From: a bacterium
Lineage (GTDB): Bacteria > Hinthialibacterota > Hinthialibacteria > Hinthialibacterales > Hinthialibacteraceae
Assembly: GCA_963663405.2 (NCBI GenBank)
Contig: CAXXSM010000057.1
Span: 13,488 to 77,487, forward strand
DNA length: 64,000 nt
Direction of reading: 5' to 3'
Positions 23,735-35,963 of the stretch are shown one piece after another; the stretch's first letter is position 1, and the number at the start of each line of letters is the position of its first letter. The translations under genes and the position numbers were made by a program. The notes beneath the pieces were generated by a model. It had not been told where the DNA came from, searched no databases, and was given only the letters and a program-made list of their open reading frames with translations.

Positions 23735-26465
23735 CTAGACATTTTTTGGATGCGGTTTTTCAGCATCATATCCAAATTTTATCATAGCGTTTTCAACAAC
23801 ACTTGGCTTTAATTCACCGCGTTTCACAAATTGGGAGAGAACAGCGATGACAATGCTTTCCGCGTCGATTTCAAAAAACCGTCTAAGGTTTTCACGGGTG
23901 TCACTACGCCCAAAACCATCCGTTCCAAGACTGATAAAATTCTTCGGCATCCATGGAGCGATCTGGTCTGGTACAAGTTTTATATAATCAGAGACGGCGG
24001 CAAAAACACCGGTTTCATTTTCCAAAAGTATTTCAAGATAGGACTGTTTTCTTTTCTGATTTGGATGCAACCGGTTCCAATGCTCTGTTTCTAATGCGTC
24101 ACGGCGCAACTGTTGATAACTGGTCGCGCTCCAAACATCCGCGGATACGTCATACTCTTCAAAGAGTATTTCCTGCGCGCTCAATGCGGCGTTGATTAAC
24201 GGCCCGCTTCCAAAGATATGCGCTTTATGCTGTTTGTCTTCTTTTGATGAAAATTTGTATAAACCCCGTAGAATTCCTTCTTCCGCTCCTTTTGGCATAG
24301 AAGGTTGTGGATAGTTTTCATTGTATAATGTAAGGTAGTACATAACATCTTCATTATTTTTATACATACGTTCCATGCCGGATTGTAACAGCACGGCGAT
24401 TTCGTATGCGAAAGCCGGATCGTATGTTACTACTGCAGGGATTGTTCCCATGGTCAGCAGGCTGTGTCCATCCTGGTGTTGTAATCCTTCACCGTTCAAA
24501 GTGGTGCGTCCCGCTGTAGCGCCCAATAAAAATCCTCGCGTCCGGCTGTCGCCCGCAAGCCACATTAAGTCACCTACGCGTTGATGACCAAACATTGCGT
24601 AATACGTATAAAAAGGGATCAACGGGATCCCGATATTCGCATAAGCGGTACCCGCCGCGATAAAGGATGACATGGAACCCGCTTCAGTGATTCCCTCTTC
24701 TAAGATTTGGCCATCCTTCGCTTCCTTATATCGTAAAAGGCTTTCAAAATCTACAGGCTCGTATCGCTGCCCTACAGCGGAGTAGATCCCGTATTGCCGG
24801 AATAAAGCGTCCATCCCGAAGGTCCGCGCCTCATCAGGTATAATCGGCACAATAGAGTCTCCCAGGGTTTTGTCATCGAGCAGCGAACGAAGCATGCGGA
24901 CAAACGCCATTGTGGTTGACGCTTTTTGATCGGATGAGCCTTTCAAAAATGGGGAGAAGAAATCCATTGACGGAGTTGACAGCGCCTTGTAATTGACGTT
25001 TCGTTTGGGGATGAAACCTCCCAATCGATTCCTGCATTTGAGTAAATATTGCGTTTCAGGGCAGTCTTTTGGGGGCCTGGAGAATGGAGTTTCCGCGATT
25101 TCTTCATCCTCGATAGGGATATTGAATCGCTTTCGGAATTCTCTCAAATCCTTTTCATCGAGTTTCTTCTGCTGGTGAGCGATGTTGCGAGCTTCTCCCG
25201 CTTCTCCAAGGCCATATCCTTTGACTGTTTTCGCGAGAATCACGGTGGGGCGCCCTTTATTCTTGACTGCTTTTTGGTAAGCGGCGTAGACTTTCTTTGG
25301 ATCGTGCCCACCCCGCATTAGATTGCTGAGTTCATCGTCCGTTAAGTGAATCACTCGCTCGTAGAGAGCGGGATATTTTCCAAAAAAATGTTTGCGGATA
25401 TAACTTCCTGGTTCAACCGAATATTTTTGATATTCACCGTCAGTCACTTCTTGCATCCGTTGTATCAGCAAACCATCATGATCGTTTTTCAATAAAGGAT
25501 CCCAATTGGGATCCCCATATCACCTTGATGACATTCCAACCGGCGCCCCGGAATAGCGATTCCAACTCTTGAATAATCTTGTAATTCCCGCGCACGGGTC
25601 CATCAAGCCGTTGCAGGTTGCAGTTAACCACCCAGATTAAGTTATCCAATTGTTCGCGAACGGGCAGCGTCAATGCGCCGGTCGATTCCGGTTCATCGAT
25701 TTCTCCATCGCCGACAAAGCACCAAACATTGGGCAACTCTTTTTTGACAATGTCCCGGTTCTTTAGATAATTCAAAAACCGGGCATGGTAGATTGAGGTG
25801 ATAGGGCCTAATCCCATCGAGACAGTAGGAAACTGCCAAAAATCAGGCATCAAATAGGGATGCGGGTAGGATGATAAGCCGCCTCCCTCCGCCAATTCAC
25901 GGCGGAAATTATGCAATTTCGTAACGCCGATCCGGTGTTCTAAAAAGGCGCGCGCATACACGCCAGGCGACGAGTGCCCTTGAAAATAAACCATATCAGG
26001 CAAACGGGTGTCATTTCCCGCATGGAAAAAATGATTGAATCCGACTTCGTAAAGAGTGGCGATCGACGCGTAGGTCGAAATATGACCGCCAATGCCACTG
26101 TGATTTTGATTCGCTTTGACGACCATAGCCATTGCGTTCCAGCGGACATAACTTTTGATTATACGCTCAATTTCACGATCTCCTGGATAGATCGGTTCTT
26201 CTTCAACGGGGATCGTATTAATATAAGGAGTATTGACAGGGATCGGAGCGTCAATCCCATTTTTCTTTAATTCTTGAATGGTATGATTAAAGTACTCAGA
26301 AGGGTAATGGGGCGGAACTCCATTCATGGAATCATTGGTAATGATTCGCAATGCTTCGAAAAACCGTTTTTGAGTGTCCATTTTGCCGCTCATTTTATCG
26401 TTTGGATTCGATTTGAATGATTCATACTCTTTTTCTAAGTTTAGCATGTGCTCTACCTGCTTCAA
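23735..26465 (-). CDS. aceE: Pyruvate dehydrogenase E1, homodimeric type; one frameshift
   Basis: [62 protein letters not shown]. The two ORFs join as [16 protein letters not shown] if one base is removed at 25508-25510. The true start may be a downstream ATG such as 26447. Confidence 0.93.
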
Positions 26466-26492
26466 ATAGTAGAAATTAAATGATCGTATCGT

Positions 26493-27212
26493 ATGAGACT
26501 CTTAGACTTAACTCTTCGTTCCCCTCTCGAAAATATCGCGCTTGATGAAGCCTTGCTTGATTCCTGCGCTCAGGATGAAATCGATGAAACCCTTCGATTT
26601 TGGGAATCGCCTGATTATTGTGTTGTTCTTGGCGTCTCCAATACGATGGCCGAATCGGTCAATCGGGACATCTGTGAACGGGATCATGTGCCGATAGTCC
26701 GCCGATCCAGCGGCGGAGGCGCTGTGCTGATCGGTCCAGGTTGCCTCAACTACTCGTTAGTCTTATCGATCGCAAAGCAGCCGAACCTTGCATTCATTGA
26801 CTCTACTAATCAGTATATTTTAGAAAAACAAAAATACGCAATTAAATCATATTTTGATCTTGATATTGAATCGCAAGGGATTTCCGATCTGGCGATCAAA
26901 TCCAGGAAAATATCAGGAGCCGCGCAAAAACGAACGCGTACGCATGTTCTTTTTCATGGAACTTATTTATATAATTTTAAGATTGTTTCTATCGCAAAAT
27001 ATATTCCAAATCCCATAAAACAGCCGGAATATAGAAAAAATCGCGACCATGAAGAGTTTGTAAAGAATCTATCTGTCGATCCGGATGAACTAAAAAGCGC
27101 ATTAAAACAATGCTGGAACGCGTTTCATCCTCTCGATCAAATCCCGTTATCACGAATGCGGGATATCATTGATAAAAAACTGGGGCGTGAAGAATGGATT
27201 TATAGAGTATGA
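26493..27212 (+). CDS. lplA: Lipoate-protein ligase A family protein (catalytic domain only)
   Basis: [30 protein letters not shown] motifs; divergent from the PDH operon. Confidence 0.88.
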   Translation: MRLLDLTLRSPLENIALDEALLDSCAQDEIDETLRFWESPDYCVVLGVSNTMAESVNRDICERDHVPIVRRSSGGGAVLIGPGCLNYSLVLSIAKQPNLAFIDSTNQYILEKQKYAIKSYFDLDIESQGISDLAIKSRKISGAAQKRTRTHVLFHGTYLYNFKIVSIAKYIPNPIKQPEYRKNRDHEEFVKNLSVDPDELKSALKQCWNAFHPLDQIPLSRMRDIIDKKLGREEWIYRV

Positions 27213-27282
27213 CAATTGGTGTTAGAGATCTGATTAAAGGGATCTCACATTGCGGTCACTTTTGTGGATATAAACGCTGTGA

Positions 27283-29307
27283 TTAATTATAAATGGACCA
27301 GTGTTGAATGGGTGAACTCCCCTCCATAATCGGCTCTACGATTTGAATGCCGCCATAGGGTTTGATGTATAAATCTTCCATGCCTTCCGCCAACATTCCA
27401 TTTCTCTCCATATATTGAGACATGGAGGTGGATTGCGAGCCGTAAACCATGATTCCCCGCATGTATTCATACGATGAAATCATGAAACTCACTTCACTCG
27501 TTCCCCCTGTGTCAATGTAGGCCGCCTCGATCGCTTCGGTTGGTTCGGTTGTACTGTTCAACGTCATCCGGTCCAGAATTAAGATCACCGAGTGAGTGGG
27601 AATAATCATCACTTCCGGCATATCCGGATCTTTCCAGCCAACTGAATACACACAATAAACTTTATCATGTGACGCATAGATTAAACTGGCCGCCAAGGCG
27701 CCGCGTTCGTAAGGATTCCCGTTCCGATTGATGTAATCGGCGTCATAACCGGGATCATCATCCCGCCATAATACTGATGTTATATACGGCCGAAAATCCA
27801 GTGGCCGCGCGATCCGCTTTTTGGACTGTGGATCAATGGCGATCTCACCCGTGATGGGATTGATTCCAAACACCCAAAGACGATCGCCGCCATTCGCATA
27901 CACATAGCGCAAACCATCGTCTTCTATTTTTTGTACCGTCGTTGGAGAACCAAAGGTCGGCCCGATGTTCTCCACCCATTTCCGTTGACCGTCTTCCGCG
28001 CTGAAACAATAAAAGTAATTGTTATTATCGCCGATATAAATCCATTTTCCATCTGGAGAGATATCCGGACTCGTCGCGCTGTTTTGCCCATTCGGCATGC
28101 GTCCATTAAATTGCAGAGAACCGTTCGCAATTTCATAGTTCATGACAACAAGCCGCTCGCCTTCATCCGCCGCCGCGTCAAAATCGACGCGATATAGAAA
28201 CGCGTCTTCGGTTGATTTATCTAGATCGTATTCTTTTAAGGCTTGAGACTGACGGCCGCAGATGAATATTCGTGAAACGGTGGGACGATTGGGATCGGCT
28301 GTGGCGCCTGGTGTATTAGTGATGAATGAACCACCGCCAAATGTGTTCCCTTTCAAATAAGGGCCGATTTGACATGGATTCATAAAATAATCCAAATCGG
28401 GATCGTCGGTCTCCGGTTGAACTCCTGTAGTCCAGATTCCCAAAAAGGTCAATGAATCGCCTCCATCGCCATTGAAATCATATTCCATTGGATTGTCGAG
28501 AAGGGCATACTGTTCAGGATCACACGGCTCATCGTCTTCCAGTTCATCGATTGGATCGGGCCGGCTTAAATCGGCCGAAGCGTATAACTCTCCTGTCTCA
28601 CGATCAAAAAGAAACACCTGTCCATCAATCGTTATGCCTCCCAAATAGGAATACTCCGCCTGACATTGGGTGAAAAACATACTTAAAAATGGACGGGCGA
28701 AAACTTTTCCACTTTCAGGATCATCGGTTGGTAGCCATTCACCTGCGGTTTCATCAAAGCGCATAAGCTGGGGAAGTGTCTTTTTCCACAAAGGCGCGCG
28801 ATATCCATTCTCATCCATTTCATTACTGGCGTTGTAACAGAAGAGATATTTCGAGTCGGTGATGTAGATATTGCCGTCATCAGCTAAAACAGGCCCGCTC
28901 GTTAGCGCGATTGAATCCGGCCCGGGATAATCGGGATGATTAGCCGGAGCGGCGGTCCATATCAGTTCACCGTCACTCAAGCGATAGGCGCGCAGATTCG
29001 GTAAACGGACTTTACCTGTTGTGACATAAAACATCGCTTCTCCATTTTCTACTCCAAGCGCTCCAGCCGTCATGGCTACGGATGGCCCTTCTTCATCACG
29101 TAAAATCCACCGTACATGGCGGAGAGATTCATTCGCGCTGAACGTTCCTAATGTTGTAGGAATGAAATCTGAATTGTGGACATCGCGGTGGATGGTGGGC
29201 CATTCGACTTGAGCGTACGGTAATGGAAGCGCTTCTTCGCAAAGGGGTGTTCCCGCAAAACCGATCGTCATCATAATTAAAACGGTGTTAAAAAAAACTG
29301 TTTTCAT
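27283..29307 (-). CDS. Secreted acidic PQQ-like beta-propeller protein of unknown function (674 aa)
   Basis: Signal peptide; WPTIHRD.HNS start; blades AYRLSDGELIW, FLFDRETGEL, YCFSAEDGQRKW; C-terminal tail SSPIQHWSIYN. Confidence 0.6.
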   Translation of the reverse strand: MKTVFFNTVLIMMTIGFAGTPLCEEALPLPYAQVEWPTIHRDVHNSDFIPTTLGTFSANESLRHVRWILRDEEGPSVAMTAGALGVENGEAMFYVTTGKVRLPNLRAYRLSDGELIWTAAPANHPDYPGPDSIALTSGPVLADDGNIYITDSKYLFCYNASNEMDENGYRAPLWKKTLPQLMRFDETAGEWLPTDDPESGKVFARPFLSMFFTQCQAEYSYLGGITIDGQVFLFDRETGELYASADLSRPDPIDELEDDEPCDPEQYALLDNPMEYDFNGDGGDSLTFLGIWTTGVQPETDDPDLDYFMNPCQIGPYLKGNTFGGGSFITNTPGATADPNRPTVSRIFICGRQSQALKEYDLDKSTEDAFLYRVDFDAAADEGERLVVMNYEIANGSLQFNGRMPNGQNSATSPDISPDGKWIYIGDNNNYFYCFSAEDGQRKWVENIGPTFGSPTTVQKIEDDGLRYVYANGGDRLWVFGINPITGEIAIDPQSKKRIARPLDFRPYITSVLWRDDDPGYDADYINRNGNPYERGALAASLIYASHDKVYCVYSVGWKDPDMPEVMIIPTHSVILILDRMTLNSTTEPTEAIEAAYIDTGGTSEVSFMISSYEYMRGIMVYGSQSTSMSQYMERNGMLAEGMEDLYIKPYGGIQIVEPIMEGSSPIQHWSIYN

Positions 29308-29346
29308 AAGGTGTCCTTTCTTTTAATTCTTATTATAAAATTATAT

Positions 29347-30930
29347 TTAATACACAAGCCAAGGAGAGACATCCATCGCAGGTTCAACCGGCGCTAGACG
29401 TGTTTCGAGAATGGAATCCAGCGTTTGACGCAGTTGATCTTCTTGATCGTGATAATCGCTGTTTCCCGCGAGATTCTTCAATTCATTGGGATCGGAAACA
29501 AGATCGTACATTTCGTATTCATCTGGCTCCACCTGGTTTGGATCAAAATAGCGAGCGTATTTCCAGCGGTCTTGAATGATCGCTTCGATATGGTTGGGTT
29601 GGGGCAGTGGATCGGACGCGACTTCTCCTCCCGCCCGTTGGTCATCGAATGTGAAGAGAATGGTATCCTGCGCTTGATAACTTGGATCGGTGAAGACCGG
29701 CGTTAAGTCGTTTCCACGAAATGTCCATTGTTCAGGATTCGGAATGTTCGCCAGAGTGGCTACCGTCGGCATTACATCGATCAATGAGGCCAGTGAATTC
29801 GTCGTGACTCCCTGTGGAAACAGAATTGGATTGGACACAATCAATGGCACATTAAGCGCTTCTTCGTAAACCACGAAGGCTTTTTGACGAAGGCCGCCAT
29901 GTGATAATCCCATTTCGCCATGATCTGACAGAAACACGACTATCGTGTCATTAATTAAGCCCTGACTTTCAAGCGTATCCATGATTTGATTCAATGCAAG
30001 ATCGGCTACTTGATGTAAATACGCATAAAAATTGACATACGTTTTTTGTTGCGTAGGTGTTATCAACCGGCCTAAAAATAGATCCGTCATACGAAGCAGA
30101 GCCGATTGGACGGTAGGCTTTGTTTCGAGATCTTCATTGATGGCCGGTGGAAGATTGATCCCTAAATCCAAACCATAGATTCCTGGAAAATCGTCTTGAT
30201 GCGAGTTGGGATAACTGATGACATCATGTGGATTCACCAAAGAAGCAAACAGCGCAAAGGGATTGTTTCGCGATGTTTCAACGGACTGCGTTTTGAGAAA
30301 CTCGATGGCTTCATTCGTGAATCGTTCATCGTGACGGATTCCGAAATTCTCCGGCGCGCCATCCTGCCCAGCGTCAGGAGGAGTCCATCCATAGAAACCG
30401 TAGGTTTCAAGATCTTCCTGGGTGGGATCGTACTGATTTTCACCCTTACTGAGATGCCATTTGCCTCGATAGTGAACGTTATACCCCGCCGAAGCCAACA
30501 TTTTTCCCATGTTCTGCATGTTTTGGGGTAAGTAGTGATAGTCAAAACTCTCCGATTCCGTCAATGTGTCCATTACACCGTGATGTTTGGGATAAAGCCC
30601 CGTCAGCAACGTGGCGCGGCTGGGAGAACACATTGATGAATTACAATAGCAGCGGTTGAATGAAATGCCATTTGTTTGCAAGCGGTTCCAGATGGGAAGA
30701 TTTTGATTGACCCATCCCTGCGGCCAATGACGCGGGTAGCGTTGCTGATCGGTGATCAAGAAAAGAAAATTCGGATGTTCTGGCAAAGCATTGCTTTGAC
30801 CGGCTGCCTTGATCGATGAAAAAATCAGCGGCGCGCCTAGCGCCGAAGCTGCGGTTAACCGGCTGGTTTTATTCAAAAAATTCCGCCGTGTAAGTGTCTT
30901 CGTTTGATTGACGTTCGATGTTTTTTTCAT
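29347..30930 (-). CDS. Tat-exported formylglycine-dependent sulfatase
   Basis: TRRNFL twin-arginine signal; PNFLFLITDQ, CSPSRATLLTG, GKWHL, SDHGE, YDLVSDPNE; start moved to ATG 30930. Confidence 0.92.
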   Translation of the reverse strand: MKKTSNVNQTKTLTRRNFLNKTSRLTAASALGAPLIFSSIKAAGQSNALPEHPNFLFLITDQQRYPRHWPQGWVNQNLPIWNRLQTNGISFNRCYCNSSMCSPSRATLLTGLYPKHHGVMDTLTESESFDYHYLPQNMQNMGKMLASAGYNVHYRGKWHLSKGENQYDPTQEDLETYGFYGWTPPDAGQDGAPENFGIRHDERFTNEAIEFLKTQSVETSRNNPFALFASLVNPHDVISYPNSHQDDFPGIYGLDLGINLPPAINEDLETKPTVQSALLRMTDLFLGRLITPTQQKTYVNFYAYLHQVADLALNQIMDTLESQGLINDTIVVFLSDHGEMGLSHGGLRQKAFVVYEEALNVPLIVSNPILFPQGVTTNSLASLIDVMPTVATLANIPNPEQWTFRGNDLTPVFTDPSYQAQDTILFTFDDQRAGGEVASDPLPQPNHIEAIIQDRWKYARYFDPNQVEPDEYEMYDLVSDPNELKNLAGNSDYHDQEDQLRQTLDSILETRLAPVEPAMDVSPWLVY

Positions 30931-30949
30931 GATGATGATCCTAACACAA

Positions 30950-32645
30950 TCAATCCAACACTTTCCATTCATTCACAGAACTGCCTTCTTCGACAATAGG
31001 TAAAATGATCCGTGATGGATAATCACCGCCAACAAAAACTTTCTGGTTCGCTTTAATGGTCAGCAAACTGCGCCAGTCATCGGATCCGGTATTGGGATTG
31101 GGTTCAAAACGTGGGCTGTTGCTGCTTGAAATCGCGAGTCGCAGTTGATGGTTTCGATTAAAGATCCAACTTGTGCTGCCTAGATCGATATCGATTTCAT
31201 AAATCTCACCGGAAACAATTTCAACCGGCGCGGTGTCTCCTTTATGGTACCGCAACCGCATGACGCCATCCACAACATGAATGCTGCGTCCATCCGGATA
31301 TACATCGGTTAATTTGGCGGTAAAGTCCGTATCAGGCGCGCTGGTTGAAACATAGAGTTTGGCGCGAATGCGTCCCGTCACTTCCAGCGGTTCCTGCAGT
31401 GATTCGCTCGTGAACAGCAAAACATCGTCTCGTTGTTCGACTTCTCGTTGATCGTATGGACCTGCGTCGGCTAAAAAATTCTGCCCGCCAACAGTGGGAA
31501 CCGGATCTTTTGGATCGTATTGATACTGAAATTCACTAGAGGTTTCCGCCGGATCAGATTGCATCACACCATTGGATGTGAGATGCCATTCAATAAGTGT
31601 GGATGGAATGGGCCAATCAGCGGCGGCGCGCCATTCCATTCCGGGCGCCATCGGGATTATCCAAATCCCCCATGACGTAATACAACACACGGGGAGGTTC
31701 AGGAGATAACGCTTCCCCAAACAGCCAATGATTGATCCAGTTTGATTCTCGAGGCCAAAGTTCGTCATAGGGTAAGTATGCGTTTTCCGGGAAAACAAAT
31801 TCACCGTTTTCGAGTGTATTAAACGTTGTATGTGTATAGGGACCGATGACAAGGTAGACGGAATCGCTCGCATCAGCGCTTCCGTTTTCTCGAATCCCTT
31901 GATAAAAATCAAGATTGCTTTGCGTGAATAGATCAAACCAACCCGCAAGCATGACCACCGGCCATTTTATCGTTTCAATCCGCTCATGGATGTTTTGCAG
32001 GCTCCAAAATTCATCGTAAAAAGGATGAGAACGAAACATAGTGAGATTGACTTGATAAGGCCACTGCGCGGTCAATAGCCATCCTTCGGCGAGTTCTTTT
32101 CTGAACGCTCCATCCGCAAAAGCAAAACCATGATATAACGAACCTGGTGTGAGTCCCATGATTTGGCCGGTAATCCCTTCCGGTTCCGATCCCGCTAATA
32201 AGAACTGTGTGACGCCACCCGCCGAAGCGCCTGTCGTGACAATTCGCCCATCGCACCACGATTGGCTTCGAATCCATTCAACCGTGTCATAGCCATCTTG
32301 CAGTTCGCCCCATCCATCATTGACGAAGGCCAAGGCTTCCCCCTCGGATTCATAACGCCCCCGCGTGTCTTGCAGGATAACAACCACACCGTTTTCATTG
32401 AGCGCATTCCGGGCGCTTTCGGGCATCATCAACGATCCACCATCGGATGTTTTATCGTACGGAGTGCGCCCTAACACAACAGGCCAGGGACCGGAACCTT
32501 CGCTGGGGAAATAGATGTCGGTGGCGAGATTGATTCCATCACGCATTGTGACCATTATCGTCTGCGCATCCGCTGCGGATGAAATACTCCCCATCATCAA
32601 AAAAACAGTCATGAAAGCAAAAACACATAGTACTCGTTTCTTCAT
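30950..32645 (-). CDS. CocE/NonD family (S15) alpha/beta hydrolase, secreted; one frameshift
   Basis: MRDGINLATD, RTPY, QDTRGR..SEG, GASAGG nucleophile elbow, GPYTH, YDPKDPVPT.GG, DTDFTAKLTDV. ORFs join as PDAPGMEWRAAADWP with one base removed near 31648. Confidence 0.88.
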
Positions 32646-33845
32646 TTAATTTACTTCCTTTTTATGTTGATTGATATAGAGTTTTACGTTGTGGGTAGAG
32701 CCACCAGCGGCGGTGAAATCGGGGAGGCCGTCTTGGTTGATGTCACCGACAGCAATACCCTGGACGGCGATAGATTGATCTATCACAGAGCGATTCCATT
32801 GCTTGGATTCGGGATCGTAGTCGTAGAGGTAGAGTGTGTGTCCTTCCCCCCGGTAACCTGCGACGATTTCATCATCACCGTCACCGTCAAAATCCGCGCA
32901 ACCGATGGCGTGTCCGCTTTTGTAAGTATCGTCGATCACTTTACGCCGCAGTGGGAACTGTCCATCCTCCGGTTGTGTGTATACAGCTACTTGATGCCCA
33001 TGCCAGGGATCGATTGTCGCGAGAAATCCGGATCGATCCCGGAATGTGCCTGTCGTGATTTCGCTGCAGCCGGTCTGGCCTTCGGAGGCGGGCGCGCCTT
33101 CGCAAAGCCGCCGGTGTATTGGTTTAGACCGGCCTCGTCCAATGACCGTGATTCCTTCTTGACTGGCCAGAAAGAGGCGGTCGATATCGTTGTTGATAGA
33201 AGATTGAACCCACACGCCATGCAGGATGTGAAGTGTATCGTCTAGGATTCCCTCTTCCAAGTATCGGTTTTCGGATTGGCGGGGATTTCATAGACGAGTA
33301 ACCGCACGGGCGTCTGGTCGAATTCCGGGCGTTTCGAATTGACGCCGACCACAGGCGCGACGATTAATTTCTTGCGGGTCCGACCGATCAAATCAACCCA
33401 CCGCACTCGATGCGCGGTTGGTTCGGAAGCGATTGGATAGACCGTCCAAGGCTGATCCAGATCGGTTTGGGGGTCCAGCCAGCTGATCGTTCCTCCTTCC
33501 GTTGAGTTGTTTAGGTTGAAATCCGAGGCCAGCGCTAATTCCAACTCTCCGTCTTCATCAAGATCGTAAAACGCGAAATCGATATGATCCGTTGTTTCGT
33601 TCCCGCTGATTGGACGTTGCTTCCAGGAGGGATTCTCATACCAGCTAACACGGGAATTTTTCCCTTCACCCAACGCGGCGATATCCGGTTTGCCGTCTCC
33701 GTTGATATCAGCGATCGCGGTTTGGTAGGCGCGGGGGCAGGGAATTATCGATTTCGATCGTTTGGAAGAGTTCGCAGGAAACATCGGCGGCAGCTGCGCC
33801 CGGTGTAAATATAACGGCGCAAAGGATGGCTATCCATTTTTTCAT
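32646..33845 (-). CDS. Secreted FG-GAP/VCBS beta-propeller protein, aldos-2-ulose dehydratase propeller-like (~399 aa); two frameshifts
   Basis: ATG 33845 gives signal MKKWIAILCAVIFTPGAAAA; ADINGDGKPD, AHRVRW, IDPWHGHQVAVY, GHAIGCADFDGDG. Frame repaired at G5 33733-33737 (one extra base) and near 33248 (one missing base). Confidence 0.75.
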
Positions 33846-34082
33846 AATTTCATCGCTCCCGTAATCTATTTATTATGTTTCAGATTGTATAACGAGAGCC
33901 AGTGATAAAAGGTTTTCGTATGATAGGACTATAGATTATTTTATCAACTTTTTTGGAATTGGATTAATTTTTTATATATTAATCTCAAAAATGATAGAAT
34001 GTTTTCTTGATCCAGGTAGTATTAGCGAAGGAGATAGGAGTTTTATTGGATTCTATGGCATTCAAACATTAATCAACAAATT

Positions 34083-35555
34083 CTACGCAATTTCCGGCAC
34101 AACAAACGGTTCACGATACGTGCGTTTTAAGAATGCGTTGGCTTCATCCGCATGATCTCCAATGAAACGTTCTTTTGTCTCGTCGTGAGTCAAGATAGGG
34201 CTCATTTTGATGGAATCATCTTTCACGGAAACACCAAAGTTGCTGAGCTGTTTTTCCATATCGTTGAGTAGCGCGCCCCATTCATCCAGGTTGGGCAGAA
34301 TCGATTCCGCCTTATCGCGTGAATAGGCGCCGCCGGTTTGGAACGCGACATTGGCGAGGTTGCACCATCCTGTTGACGCGTGTCCGAGTTCAATTTCCGC
34401 ATTCAGGATGCTGTTGTCTTGTTTGCGCACCGCTTCAAGGAAATTTCCGGTATGGAGTTGGACTCGATCGCCACCACGGAACGAGGCGATTTGTTTTCCG
34501 TCCAAGTCGATGGCTTTGCCGGAACCACGCTGGCCAAGGTAATAACCACCTTCACAAGCGACAACATACCCACTCTCCGGTCCAGTAAATGTCCGCCCAG
34601 CCAGCGCTGTCCACGGGCCTTTTTTGTCCGGCGCTTGCGTCATATTGGATAACGCCATGATGGTGGGGTACGTTCCAGTGTCGAAGCATACGAAATGAAC
34701 GTTCGGTGTGTTCCCCGCGTCTCCCCAAACGGCGCGTCCGCCAACGGCGAGAATTCGTTTGGGAAGTATAACGGAATCTTGATAGGCGACATTCCGGACG
34801 TCATCGATTATGTGCACGCCCCAGTTCCCCATTTCCCCATTACCGGTGTTGAAGTCCCAATGCCAGTCATAATGCAATTTATCGCGGTAAATCGGTTGAT
34901 CCGCCGCCGGTCCAAGCCATAAGTTGTAATCGATATCTTTCGAAATAATCAGCGGTGTGCTGCGTTTCCCAATAGGTTCACGAACGCCCAACCGGTTGGC
35001 TTGGACGTAAAGGATCTTTCCCAACGCTTTCTTATTATGCAATAAATCCTTGGCCGGATCCTGCAGCGGCAGATCGGAACGATGCTGTGTTCCCAATTGC
35101 ACAACTTTTTTGTATTTCCTGGCCGCATTGACAACTTGCCGTCCTTCCCATTGTCGATGGGAGAGTGGCTTTTCCACATAGACATCTTTTCCCGCCTGCA
35201 TGGCTATGATCGAAGCCAGGCAATGCCAATGATTGCAGGTTGATACAGCCACGACATCGACGTTTGGATCTTCGAGCAGTTTACGGAAATCGATGTATCC
35301 TTTTGCGCCTTTAAAGTCCGCGGCTTTGGCGGACAGCGTTTTATCTGGATCGGCGATCGCGGCGATCCGCGCGCCTTTTTGCCGTGTAAAACTATCGGAC
35401 AGCTGCCCCCCACGCCATCCCATTCCGATGATCCCAACACCGATAGTATCATTCGCGCTGTAGGATCGGCCAATAAAGAAGTTTGTAGGCAAAGTCGCAA
35501 CCGCGCCGAACGCCACACCCTTTCGAAGAAAATTACGCCGTGAATAAGAAACCAT
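34083..35555 (-). CDS. Tat-exported Gfo/Idh/MocA family oxidoreductase
   Basis: SRRNFL signal; GIIGMGWRG Rossmann motif; DVYVEKP; WLGPA; GEMGNWGVHIID. Confidence 0.92.
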   Translation of the reverse strand: MVSYSRRNFLRKGVAFGAVATLPTNFFIGRSYSANDTIGVGIIGMGWRGGQLSDSFTRQKGARIAAIADPDKTLSAKAADFKGAKGYIDFRKLLEDPNVDVVAVSTCNHWHCLASIIAMQAGKDVYVEKPLSHRQWEGRQVVNAARKYKKVVQLGTQHRSDLPLQDPAKDLLHNKKALGKILYVQANRLGVREPIGKRSTPLIISKDIDYNLWLGPAADQPIYRDKLHYDWHWDFNTGNGEMGNWGVHIIDDVRNVAYQDSVILPKRILAVGGRAVWGDAGNTPNVHFVCFDTGTYPTIMALSNMTQAPDKKGPWTALAGRTFTGPESGYVVACEGGYYLGQRGSGKAIDLDGKQIASFRGGDRVQLHTGNFLEAVRKQDNSILNAEIELGHASTGWCNLANVAFQTGGAYSRDKAESILPNLDEWGALLNDMEKQLSNFGVSVKDDSIKMSPILTHDETKERFIGDHADEANAFLKRTYREPFVVPEIA

Positions 35556-35963
35556 TCTACATTGTCCTTTCGCCCATTCTATTGATTTTTACACATCCAT
35601 GATATTACTATTATTATCGTTGTTCGATTCACATTTTTGAAGGTCTTTGATACGGGGAACATTACAGCGAATTTGTGGTTTTTTATCTTGGACCAATATC
35701 GTATTATTTTGTATGTTATCCATATGCTGTTATTGCAATCTGGTTTCCAACTGCGTTGTAATCATGTGTCTCAACCACATTACCATTGTGTTTCACTGCG
35801 ATCAATTGACCATCTATATCATAGTTTTAGTTTGAATACAGCGAAAAGCGCAATCACTAAAAAACATTGATAAATTGATGTACGTAAAGACATAACGCTT
35901 CTTTTATTTCTCCCTTACGAAAAGAAAACTTACTCTTTTCTAACATTCACTATACGCCACCCA

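Noticed and set aside
25497-25514. Perfect 18-bp palindrome ggatcccaattgggatcc at the aceE frameshift
   Set aside because: The perfect symmetry depends on the extra base that breaks the gene, so it is more likely a consensus artefact than an operator or recoding signal.
18934-27212. PDH, aconitase and lipoate ligase cluster as a novelty
   Set aside because: Ordinary central metabolism with canonical motifs.
35637-35870. Small ORFs in the AT-rich spacer
   Set aside because: No RBS or recognisable product; probably promoter DNA of the oxidoreductase gene.
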